Assembly: GCA_977018835.1 (NCBI GenBank)
Contig: OZ361258.1
Coordinates: forward strand, 3,410,001-3,474,000
From: Minutocellus sp. GHC0000111
Lineage: Eukaryota
Length of the DNA: 64,000 bases
Direction: 5' to 3'
Positions 1-11,979 of the stretch are shown piece after piece. A model generated the notes under the pieces. The model was not told the origin of the DNA, made no database searches, and saw only the letters and a program-made list of their open reading frames with translations. The stretch's first letter is position 1, and each line of letters begins with the position of its first letter. The position numbers and the translations under genes are program-made.

Positions 1-1462
1 AAGGATCGACCATACACGCCTCGGCGTTCTTGGGGCCATCGGGATAGCGCAACGTCAGAGTCTGAGGGTAAAATGTCTTGGGACCGATCGGACCCGTGAG
101 AGCGGGCTCGGGAAGACGATGGATCCATATCGTCTGACGATCCCAAGGATTGTCGCCAATGTCGCACAAATGCAAATAGTTGACTCCTGCCTTGGGTCCT
201 GGACCGTTGGAAATGTCCTCGTAGTCGGTATGGTTGATGCAGCCAATGTTCCAGTTCTGAACGATTCGACCATTGTTCTTGTCGATCGCCATCAGACGAG
301 GGGCATTGTTGCGATCGTTGTGCACATACAGGACGTTAGGATTGCGCCGGCCGTTGACCATGCCGGATACCTCATTGGCGATCGTGGCGTTGACCTTGCC
401 CATCTCGACACGACCTTCGTACGGAATCGACGCCGGACAGTATCCATCGGTCGATTCCAGATTCTCAAGGCCGATCTTGGCACGGTGCTTTTTTATTGTC
501 TCGGGGTCAGCGCAGTACTCCCACGATGGCGTCGGCGTCCCATCACATCCTGGAACAATGCCAGTACCATCGGCATAAAAGCAGACGTTGTTGCCTTCGC
601 AGTCAATGTCGTAATCACTGCAAATTGTGATGTGTCAGTGTTGGAGAGAGAGGAAGAAGCGTGAGTATCAGGTTTTTCTTAGACTAGGACCAAGTATCAG
701 GGCAAAAATTGATACTTACCAATCACCTTGGCAATGACCCAACGATGCCGGTCCGGTGGCATCGCCAAAGTCCATCAGTGTATTGGAATGGGTAACATCG
801 CGTTTTGGAAGGACACTGGGATCGATGCAGTACTCCCAGTATTCGCGGGGTTTGCCGGAGCAGCCGGGGACCTTGCCGCTTCCATCTTCGTACCAGCACA
901 CAAGGCCGGCTGCGCAATCGATGTCGTCATCACTGGTTTGGACGGAATGCAAGGGTAGTCGTTTGAAAGGAGGCATGAAGGTAAGCAATGGCATGAACAT
1001 CGCAAATTCAGACAAGAAAGAACATAGTTGAACATTTCTGATCTCTTATCGTGGAACTTTTACTTACCAATCGCCTTCACATAAATTCAGACTTCCCGGA
1101 GGCAATCCGTTTCCCGGCTCTGAAAGCGGCGGCCCATCATATGTCCATTCGTAGTCGGTATAGTTGTAAGGCTTGGCCATGGAATCTGCCCCAATCGCAT
1201 CGGCATCGTCGGACGGATCTTCCACCCAATCCTGAACTCTGTAGTCCTCGTCGCCAGAGTCGGGGTTGATGCCGGTTCTCTTATCAATGTTATCAGCGCC
1301 AATGTCATCGGCACCAATGTCATCGAAGGATTCTGACAGTCCGTTGTCTGCTACATGCTGCAAGCCACGGCTGCCGCGGAGATTGTCGGACGACGTGTCG
1401 GACAGCGCCGATGCCAGCCCAACGGAGACGAGAGCTACGATGACTGACCGAGAAACATACAT
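1..1462 (-). CDS. Secreted frustulin-like ACR + beta-propeller-type protein, copy A (3' part runs off window); exons 1462-1068, 932-720, 617-<1
   Basis: ATG at 1462 (MYVSRSVIVALVSVGLASA signal peptide, NLRGSRGLQ). GT-AG introns 1067-933 and 719-618 both split a TG|T Cys codon, restoring CEGDCDDDIDC and CQGDCDYDIDC. Exon 3 is near-identical to copies B and C. Confidence 0.85.
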
Positions 1463-2559
1463 AATTGATCCGTAATTGCTGATATAGCAAAGCAACTGAA
1501 CACAGGTGAAAGATGCACTTGGTTATCAAAGTTGCTCGAGATATACCAGCAAGAGTATTGAAGTATACGTTGGGTCCACAATCACAATAAGTGTGAGGAA
1601 TCCAGGCGACGCATTGTGCCAAGAGGGACGTGTTATATAAAATCTTCGGCAGGATACACATCATACTCCCGTAAGTGTTCGTTGCCGAGGGAGCAAGTCG
1701 GAGGCAAGTGTGCTGCACCAAGGGGAAGTTGAGAGCCTGTGATGACCCTGTGGGAATTTTCATCCGCACGATGTTTGCCACCTTGCCAAAAATGGCCACC
1801 AGCCAATAACGGGTAGCAGCTGCGCGTTGCAGCGTTGTTCGGCATGTCCAGCGCGCAAACAGTTTATTCGGATAATACTTGCTCATTCATTTGCCCGTCG
1901 AGCGAGTGGGGAAACGCCATGATGAAAGACACGGCGTTGCCAATCACAGTGTAATTGCTGATCATCTGGCCGCGGTAGCGCGTTCGGCGCTTGACTGTTC
2001 CGCTGTTCGGCTCAGCATGCATGGCATGGCTGGAGGAAATGGGGAATGCTGGGCGGGGGAGCGGGGAAATTGCAAAATCTGGGAAGGTCAGTGTGAAATC
2101 CCCGAGACCAGTTGTGAGAGACCTTTCACATGATGGCTGAGAATGACTGGACAGCAGCCATGCCATGGATGTCAGAGATCGCTGCGCCTCGCTTGAGGGG
2201 GCGGATTGTAGCTATAGATCCAATTAGAACTGAGTTATGCATGCATTGAGCCCTACACGTAGGAATTCCTACTCTAGATCTATGAACGTTGTTAACGAAT
2301 GGCTTGGCGACGAAATCTGATTCTTTTGTTTGTGGCTGACACACACGTGAGACGCCGGAAGATCTCTCTGTGCAATGTGCGCACACGGCGAGAATCTACC
2401 GGCACCAGTCGGTACAAGCGCCATTTTGTCAATGCACACTCTAGCTCGATGTCATCATCAGAGCGACCTTTCTATCTCTTCGTCAGAACGTGCGCCAACA
2501 GACAAGCTCGGACATTAGAAAACATTTCATTTGATTCTTATGTTAGACTGTTTTTTAGA

Positions 2560-4059
2560 GAGTGATTCCACGAGACCGCCGACAAAATCGTCGTAAATAG
2601 TAAGGCACTAGAAAAACTTTTTGTGCGATATTTTATGCAGCGCAAAAATGAACCCACTAGATGGCATCACTCAACACGGCGAAAGCAAGGAGAATTCATC
2701 TCTACAAGAAGGCCACCAAATGATGGCATAACGATAAATAACTCCAAGCCAACCGATGCATACGCCAACTAGATGTATTGAGCAATTATTGAATGCTCAA
2801 AAGCACGCTCATTTGTACAACATGTGCTATTTTAGCAATATCTCCTCACACCCATGAAATTCCAATATTTTTTCCCATCAAAATGGTAAAGAACAATAGC
2901 TGATGCTTGTCTACATCCATTTCAATCCCCCCTGACCAGCATTACTTTCACTTGGGTCATGAAGGGGACGATTTGGCGCCAATGGGTCGGCATTGGACCC
3001 CATCTTTGCATCATCGTGGCCGTCATCATGGAAAGCAAAAACATCCGAAAGCAGCGAATTCCCAACTACACCCCTCCTCCAGCCTCAAGCATTGATCCTT
3101 CACGCAATATCAGCACGCACGATGCTCATTCCATATTACATCCATCGATATCACGTGTTGGTTTGGCCGCTTTCTCCGGTTTCGTTCCTCTCGGGTGGCA
3201 GAAGCAATGAAGGTGCAATCTGGTTCCGACATCAGACACGGGACTTTGGGCATAGTTTTCTCGATGAATTGTCAAGAGATGCCACCACCCCCCACTCAAA
3301 TGCCCGTGGAATATACAAATGGGTGAAGAGGCGACGGCTCAGTGCAACGGAAGTGGTGCATGGACCATACAAAAGCATCCGGACCAACTTTCGGATGGGT
3401 GGTGTAACATGGGTGGAAATGACGCTGGGCCACATTTCGCGGTACAGGCACGCACCGACGCACCGCTATCGCCCAAAACTCCCTTCCAGTAATATTCAGG
3501 AAGGCAGCGAGGTGGTCAGAGTGTATGCGATGGCCGGGGTGGTGCTGTACATCGGGCGAACATGGTCGTGATGGAACGTCGGAAACTGTCGAAAAAATCG
3601 GGTCTAACGCGAACGAATTTTTCAAGCCTCAAAAAAGTAATCGCAAGTCACCTGCTGCACCACAGTGTTATGAAATGCTATTACAAGGGTATAGTGCCCC
3701 GTAGTCTTGGTTTTTCTCAATGGGAGGCACGTCGGCGACACATGTTGTGGCCCCATTCGTTGAACGAAACGGGTTTTGTTTCGTGATAAAGTTTGATGTA
3801 TTTTTTCTTTCTTGAAGCAGCTTAAGTGCATTCTACAACATAAAAATAAATTTTCAAACTATAGAGTACCAAAAGAAACACTCTAATACCGTATCTATAT
3901 CATGTGCTAAAAGAGCACTAAGATCATTGGGCCAACTTCCTTTTATTGTTGATATTGGACTACAACACCCTTTAGGTTGAGGATCAGCAATAAAAGGAAG
4001 TTGGCCCCATGTTTACGAGACATCGCGGAGGGGGTGTCGGCTCTCTCGTGGAATCACTC
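2560..4059. mobile_element. Non-autonomous or decayed TIR DNA transposon, 1500 bp, Sola2-like termini
   Basis: gagtgattccacgagaccgccgaca (2560-2584) matches the reverse complement of 4035-4059 at 23/25. TAGA directly flanks both ends (2556-2559, 4060-4063). No intact transposase is recognisable inside. Confidence 0.7.
3929..4007. repeat. 79-bp inverted repeat (hairpin / MITE-like)
   Basis: gggccaacttccttttattgttgat (3929-3953) pairs with atcagcaataaaaggaagttggccc (3983-4007) at 24/25. Confidence 0.85.
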
Positions 4060-4108
4060 TAGAAACATATCAATCAACTTGGCTCGCTAGAAGGAGCTAC
4101 GGCCGCTT

Positions 4109-6762
4109 TTAATTGTCCTTCTTTGACCCTTTCTTTGATCCATTGCTCCATGAAGCGGCACTGATTCGACTTCCTGGTTTCGACACGGCACTGTTCCGGT
4201 TCCCTGGTTTCGACCCACCACTCTTGGATCCAGAACCCTTCTTCGATCCGCCCTTCTTTTTGGCCTCTTTGGCCCATTTCTCTTGCCACTTGGCTAGCTC
4301 TTTCCATGCGCCATCGGCAGCCTGGGTTGCCTTTTCTAATTTTTTGGCATCGTCGTTCTTTTTCTTTTCTTCTTCGTCCTCCGTTCGAAGGGCGATATCA
4401 TCGGCGTTCTTTTCCTCCTCTTCTTTCGCTCGAAGTTCAGCAGCCTTCTGTTCATTTTTGATTCGTTCAGCCTCTGCCTTTTCAGCTTCCTTGGCCAGCT
4501 TTTCAGCTTCCTTGGCCAGCTTTGCAGCCAGCTTGGCCATCTCTTTAGCGTGGGCTTCGGTGGTCGGAGCTCCAGAGGGCGATGAAGACGGGCTCATTGT
4601 TGGGTTTGACGTCGGAGCCGAGGTAGGAAATCTAGAAGGTGCAGGAGTTGGCGACAACGTAGGGCTCTTGGTTGGTGACACGGTCGGCGAGGCTGTTGGG
4701 TTCGATGTGGGAGAGGCAGTGGGAGTGGAAGTAGGCGACGTAGAAGGCGCACGGGTAGGACTCGAAGTGACGGGAGCAGCGCTCTTCTCTGGACGTCGGC
4801 GCATTGGTGGGAATCATACTGGGCTCAGGAGTAGCATTGCTCGCGCGCCCAGTCAGCATACCAGCCACGGTGGCAGGATAACGATACAATGGAACCTCCG
4901 GATCATATCCGCCCTCCTGACAACTGTACAAACCACTCATATCCGATGCAAAGGCAATCGCTTCGCCGCCATTCGGCTCTTCGATATACGATGGCAATAG
5001 CAGCCCAAACCGCCCAAGAGCATCCTCAATAGACTCATTCTCGTTGCGACATCGATAGTCAAGACCGCCGTAGTACAACATCGCAATATCTCTGCCATTT
5101 GGGGAAATATCAATACCAGTCAGGGCGTTGCCCCATCGAGCGGGCTTGCGCAAGTTGCTGACAGTTCCAGCCATCACCAAATCCATAATTTCATCACCGT
5201 CGCCCCAAGGCTTCTCGGTCTTGTATATTTGGGCCGTCCTCCTGGTCTTTTGAATGATGTAGATGAGACCTGTGAGAGGATCGACCATACACGCCTCGGC
5301 ATTTTTGGGGCCGTCGGGATAGCGCAACGTCAAAGTCTGAGGGTAAAATGTCTTGGGACCGATCGGACCAGTGAGAGCCGGCTCGGGAAGACGGTGGATC
5401 CATATGGTCTGACGATCCCAAGGATTGTCGTCAATGTCGCACAAATGCAAGTAGTAGACTCCTGCCTTGGGTCCTGGACCGTTGGAAATATCCTCGTAGT
5501 CGGTATGGTTGATGCCGCCAATGTTCCAGTTCTGAACAATCCGTCCATTGTTCTTGTCGATGGCCATCAGACGAGGGGCATTGTTGCGATCGTTGTGCAC
5601 ATACAATACATTGGGGTTGCGACGGCCATTGACCATGCCGGATACCTCATTGGCAAGGGTGGTATTGACCTTGCCCATCTCGACACGTCCTTCGTACGGA
5701 ATGGTCGCCGGGCAGTATCCATCGGTCGATACCAGATTTTCCAGGCCGATCTTGGCTCGATGCTCCTTGATCGTCTCAGGGTCAGCGCAGTACTCCCACG
5801 ATGGTGTTGGTGTGCCATCGCATCCCGGCACAATACCAGTTCCATCGGCATAAAAGCAGACGTTGTTCCCTTCGCAGTCAATGTCGTAATCACTGCAAAA
5901 TGTGGTGTGTCAGTTGTGGAAAGGGAGGAAGAAGCGTGAGTATCAACACATGCATTTCTTAGAATAAGACGGTATACATATATAAACGCAAAATTTGAAT
6001 ACTTACCAATCGCCTTGGCAATGACCCAGTGATGCCGGTCCGGTAGCATCACCATAGTCCATCAGTGTATTGGAGTGAGTGACATTTCGGTCCGGAAGGA
6101 CACTGGGATCGATGCAATACTCCCAGAATTCTTTTGGAAATCCAGAGCAGCCGGGGACCCTGCCGCTTCCATCTTCGTACCAGCACACAAGGCCGGGAGC
6201 GCAGTCCAGGTCGTTGTCGCTTTTAGCAAAGATGTACGATGGTGTGGTGTTGGTATGTAAATTAGTAAAATTTTGAGTAATGGAAGTAGCGTTAGATGGG
6301 GGGGAAAGCACCAGAAGTGATTCTGAGTCGTTTGGAACTACATGTATCGACTTACCAGTCACCCTCGCATACATTCAGACTGCCCGGAGGCAATCCATTG
6401 CCCGGCTCTGAGAGCAGCGGGCCATCATACGTCCATTCGTAGTCGGTATAGTTGTAAGGCTTGGCCATTGAATCGGCCGCTACCCCATCGGACGGGTCTT
6501 CCACCCAATCCTGAACTCTGTAGTCCTCGTCGCCGGAGTCGGGGTTGACGCCAGGTCTCATGTCAATATTATCAGCGTTGATGTCATCGTTACCGTCGTT
6601 CGAACGTCCATTGTCGTATACGTGCTGCAAGCCACGGCTCCCTCGGAGATTGTCCAAGGAGGAGGAGGCGGTGGGAGGCACAACGTTACTGGCTTTGTCG
6701 GCCAGTGCCGATGCCGTGCCCGCAGCGATGAGCGCTACGATGACTGCCCGAGAAACATCCAT
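4109..6762 (-). CDS. ACR + beta-propeller-type + PTS + Lys-rich protein, copy B; exons 6762-6356, 6219-6007, 5892-4109; frameshift near 4790
   Basis: Signal peptide MDVSRAVIVALIAAGTASA and the same two phase-2 introns. ORF 4632-5831 carries the propeller domain. The PTS/charged/KSG tail is in another frame (ORF 4109-4804). Confidence 0.8.
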
Positions 6763-7886
6763 TTTTATCCGTTATATCCCGGAGAAGTTCGAGGTAATTC
6801 CTAGGAATGTTCAGATGCGTTGGGGCCGTAGTACATGTAGTAGCAATATCTGCGGAGTGGAGAGTGGAGAGGCGACGCCATTCCCTGTGCCAAGCCACTT
6901 GGACTGAGTGGTGGAGTACGCGTCATACTTTCAGCCAATAATTTCAAGTGTGCCGGACCACGCGAGTGAGTGAAAGGCTAGACGATACAAACATGCAGCG
7001 CGCCAAGGGCGTTGAGATCGTCTGCGGAGTGGGTATGCCAGCATGATGGCACGATGTTCGTCCCTTGCCAAATTGGCCATTTTGGGTCACCTCAACATCA
7101 TCTGCTTGCCACCATGTCCACTGAGAGTTTGTGAACCTGAAAATCATGGGTGCGGACAATTTGCAAATTGGTGCGGTTGGCTTGCTTGGGGCCCCGAGGT
7201 TAAAATGACTCGTTCGACTCCAATGACCTCGAGACGAACAGCCGTACGCACATGTCCCGACCGTACCGCAGCCAGCCAGTCATGAACCGGTACATGTATG
7301 ACAATTTTCTACGTAAACGTTTATAGGATCGACATAATCAGGCAACGAGAAATGAAGAAAGTAAAATCAGCAAAGCCAACCGCAAATAATTACTCATAGC
7401 GCCGTTCAGGTCCACTCCTAAAACCTCTAAACTGCTCGTACCGTAGTAACCATATTCTCGACTCGAATGACGAGCCGAGAATCCATCACTATCAGAGCAT
7501 CTGCCAGTCTCAAACCGGTACATGTACCGGTATTGCTTCTATCTCGTTAAGGTCGACCGGTGCCGGGTATTGCACTACATGATTTAATACATGTGTGCAA
7601 AGGAGTTAAGTCCAAGTTACATGTAGGTCGAGTTTTGGGTGGGTGTTCTCTCCTCATTGTTTTACATGTTTATTTTGAAAGAAGATGCAAAGAAACACAG
7701 GAACATGTGGTACGTCGCATCATACAAATAAATAGATTTGGGGATCCCTAACGGTAGCTATCAACCAGTACACGCAGGTACGAGATCTCGACATAGGCCT
7801 ACCGTGCCAAGCATGCGCATGGAGCTACTGTGTGCCAATACACACAGTCTGATTCGAACACAGTTGTCCGTCAAAGAAAAGTGGCT

Positions 7887-10800
7887 CTAAAAGGAGCTGC
7901 GACCACTTCTAGAATGACTCCTCTTTGACTTTGACCCTTGCTTTGATCCATCACTCAATCTATTGCCCGGTCTTGACACGGCACTGTTGTTCCGATTTCC
8001 TGGCGTGCTGTTGGACTTTGAGCCGGCGCTTTTGAGTTTGGACCCAGATCCCTTTTTCTTTGACCCATTCTTCTTGGCCTCCTCTGTCCATTTCTCTTCA
8101 AACTTGATAATCTCGTTCCATTCGCCATCAGCGGCCTTGGCCGCCTTTTCTCCTCCTTCCTTTGTTCGAAGAGCAATATCATCCTCCTCCTTTGCCTCTT
8201 TCGCTCTGAGCTCCGCAGCCTTCTTCTCGTCCTTGATTCGTTCGGCCTCTGCCTTCTCAGCTTCCTTGGCAAGCTTTTTGGCAAGCTTCGCGGCCGCCTT
8301 GCCTTGGGCTTCAGTGGTAGGAGCTGCCGATGGGGATGCAGATGGACTAGTCGTTGGACTCGCCGTCGTTGGCGCATTCGTTGGCTGCTTCGTTGGGGCT
8401 GGGGTAGGAGAGGAAGAGGGTGCAGGAGTGGGCGAATTCGTGGGGTTCTTGGTTGGAGATGACGTCGGCGAAACTGTTGGGCTCGATGTAGGAGATACAG
8501 AGGGCCCAGGGGTCGGCAATTTAGATGGCGAACGGGTAGGGCGCACTGTTGGAGACGCCGACGGTCTGGGGGTAGGCAATTTAGACGGCATAGGGGTAGG
8601 TCTGGCTGTCGGAGAAGCCGAGGGCCCGGGGGTCGGTGATACCGTTGTCGGGTTCATAGTAGGACTTGCGGTAGGGCTAGATGTAACGGGAGAAGCGCTA
8701 GGGCTCGCCGTTGGACTGGAGGTAACGGGAGATGCCGTTGGCGTTTTAGTTGGGCCTGCAGTAGGACTCGCCGTTAGGGGTGCCTCCGTTGGTGATGCTG
8801 TCTGTCCTTTTTCCAGTTTGGTGGCCTCTTGCTCATTGTCCTCAGTCCTAAGAGCAATTTCATCCGCCTTATTCTTTTCCTCTTTGGCTTTTGCCAAGTC
8901 CTCAGCGGCCTTCTTCTCATTTTTAAGACGTTCCGCCTCGGCTTTTTCAGCTTCCTTGGCCAGCTTTTCAGCTCGTTTGCTGCCTCCTTTGCCTGCGCCT
9001 CTGTAGAGGGACTAGGAGTTGGACTTGCCGTCGTAGGTGAAACAGTCGGTGCAGAAGTGGGTCCCAACGTCGGTGTAACCGTTGGTGCTGCCGTTGGTGC
9101 ATCCGTGGGAGCATTGGTGGGAATCATACTGGGCTCAGGAGTAGCATTGCTCGCCCGTCCAGTCAGCATACCAGCCACAGTGGCTGGGTAACGATACAAT
9201 GGAACCTCCGGATCATATCCACCCTCCTGACAACTGTACAAACCACCCATGTCCGATGCAAAGGCAATCGCTTCGCCGCCATTCGGCTCTTCGATATACG
9301 ATGGCACAAGCAACCCAAACCTACCCAGGGCATCCTCAATAGACTCATTCTCGTTGCGACATCGATAGTCCAGACCGCCGTAGTACAACATCGCAATATC
9401 TCTGCCATTTGGAGAAATATCAATACCAGTCAGGGCGTTGCCCCATCGAGCGGGCTTGCGCAAGTTGGTCACGGTTCCAGCCAGAACTAGATCCATCATT
9501 TCATCGCCGTCTCCCCAAGGCTTCTAGGTCTTGTAGATTTGAGCCGTTCTTCTCGTCTTCTGAATGATGTAGATCAGACCAGTCAAAGGATCGACCATAC
9601 AAGCCTCGGCATTCTTGGGGCCGTCGGGATAACGCAACGTCAAAGTCTGAGGGTAAAACGTCTTGGGACCGATCGGCCCGGTAAGGGCTGGCTCGGGGAG
9701 ACGGTGGATCCATATCGTCTGACGATCCCAAGGGTTGTCGCCAATGTCGCACAAATGCAGGTAGTTGACGCCTGCCTTGGGTCCTGGACCGTTGGAAATG
9801 TCCTCATAGTCGGTATGGTTGATGCCGCCAATGTTCCAGTTCTGAACGATTCGACCATTGTTCTTGTCGATGGCTATCAGACGAGGGGCGTTGTTGCGAT
9901 CGTTGTGCACGTACAATACATTGGGGTTGCGACGGCCATTGACCATGCCGGATACCTCATTGGCAAGGGTGGTATTGACCTTGCCCATCTCGACACGTCC
10001 TTCGTACGGAATGGACGCCGGGCAGTATCCATCGGTCGATACCAGATTTTCCAGGCCGATCTTGGCTCGATGCTCCTTGATCGTCTCAGGGTCAGCGCAG
10101 TACTCCCACGATGGTGTTGGTGTGCCATCGCATCCTGGAACGATGCCAGTACCGTCGGCATAGAAGCAGACGCTGTTCCCTTCGCAATCGATATCATAAT
10201 CACTGCAAATTGAGATGTGTCAGTTGTGGAAAGGGAGGAAGAAGCGTGAGTATCAACACATGCATTTCTTAGAATAAGACGGTATACATATATAAACGCA
10301 AAATTTGATACTTACCAGTCACCTTGACAATGGCCTAGCGACGCCGGTCCGGTAGCATCACCGTAGTCCATCAGCGTATTGGAATGAGTAACATCGCGTT
10401 TTGGAAGGACACTGGGATCGATGCAGTACTCCCAAAATTCTCTTGGAAATCCAGAGCAGCCGGGGACCCTGCCGCTTCCATCTTCGTACCAGCACACAAG
10501 GCCGGGAGCGCAGTCCAGGTAATCGTCACTTTATTTAGTGGTTGGCATATGTATGTTTGACAAGAGAAAGGGAGATTAGTAAAATTGCACGCTTACATAA
10601 AACAAATGCATGGAAATTTATTTGACAGTTGATAATCACGATCAGTTCGATCATCCTGATTCCTGATCGACTCGACTTACCAGTCACCCTCGCATACATT
10701 CAGACTGCCCGGAGGCAATCCATTGCCCGGCTCTGAGAGCAGCGGGCCATCATACGTCCATTCGTAGTCGGTATAGTTGTATCCTTCAACGATAGAATCT

Positions 10801-11087
10801 GCCATAATGCCATCCGATGGGTCCTCTACCCAATCCTGCACTCTGTAGTCCTCGTCGCCGGAGTCGGGGTTGACGCCAGGTCTCATGTCAATATTATCAG
10901 CGTTGATGTCATCGTTACCGTCGTTCGAACGTCCATTGTCGTATACGTGCTGCAAGCCACGGCTCCCTCGGAGATTGTCCAAGGAGGAGGAGGCGGTGGG
11001 AGGCACAACGTTACCGGCTTTGTCGGCCAGTGCCGATGCCGTGCCCGCAGCGATGAGCGCTACGATGACTGCCCGAGAAACGTACAT
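7887..11087 (-). pseudogene. Copy C of the array, with a duplicated PTS+charged tail; exons 11087-10681, 10528-10316, 10202-7887; in-frame TAG at 9524-9526 and frameshift near 8977
   Basis: AAG ACC TAG AAG CCT where copy B has AAG ACC GAG AAG CCT. One A is missing in GCA AA(A) CGA GCT. Otherwise colinear with copy B. Confidence 0.7.
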
Positions 11088-11979
11088 GTTAGAATGTTCG
11101 ATCAGTGGTTGCTGGGATATCGAACACAATTTCGAAAGTTAAACTCTGCCGCCGGAGTTTTCCGAGATACCAAGTATCCCTTGGGTGCGTTGGGTCCGAA
11201 ATAATGACAAATGCACATTGTGCCGAGCGACATGCTGAGGAATCAAGCATATTATAGGAATTCCTGAACTCGCGGAATCGGCATCATACGTCCACCCTAT
11301 AATATCAAGTGATCTGACCACGCGTGTGAGTGAAAAGTAAGGCACACAAGTGTGTGCGGCGCGTTACGGGAGTTGAGAATCGTCTCTGGGCAGGTATCAG
11401 CACGATGTTCGCCCCCTTGCCAAAATTGGTAATTGATAACGGGTAGCTGCGCGTTGTTGGGCATGCCCGGCGCGTGTGATTGTCGGCTTGTGCCTATTAT
11501 TTTGCAATTTGCCTACTACGTAGTATCCGGGAAACGGATGTAGATCATATGCACTTGCCGCGTATCCACAATCATTCGGCAAAACTCGGAAGCCAGTCTG
11601 CTGCGCCGTTGCGCATGCCGAGAGGCAACCTCACTCGGCGCTCAGCATCTCATCGCCATGGTCGCCGCCGTGAAATGGCGGAGCCGAGCAAAATGGCTGG
11701 CTGATTTTTGTCGAGTGAGTCACAAGGCAAACAAGTCCAGACAAACGCCAGGAGGGAAAGGACCGCCCAGGACCCTTGAAAGCTTTGGCGATGAGGCCCA
11801 GTCGTTTGCACTTACTTTGGTGCTGGAAGCAAGAAAGCAAGGCGATCATGCCAGGAACTTTCCTTTCGGGTCATTCCTGGATTCGCCAAATCAATCTTTT
11901 GCTGTTTGGCACGACGTTGGTGCGGCCTTTGGCCTCGGTACCTTGCGATAAGTTTTCAACCCATTAATGCTGATCAACG

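Noticed and set aside
2907..3831. ORFs inside the 1.5-kb TIR element as a transposase
   Set aside because: No DDE/DDD or DNA-binding motifs recognisable; short and fragmented.
7887..9120. Repetitive DNA that might be a CRISPR or satellite array
   Set aside because: Degenerate codon-level repeats encoding PT(A/S)SPT, with no fixed repeat-spacer structure. Eukaryotic context.
119..10213. Long plus-strand ORFs over copies A-C (119-664, 4113-5000, 5229-5939, 7963-9006, 9539-10213)
   Set aside because: Antisense shadows of the minus-strand array genes.
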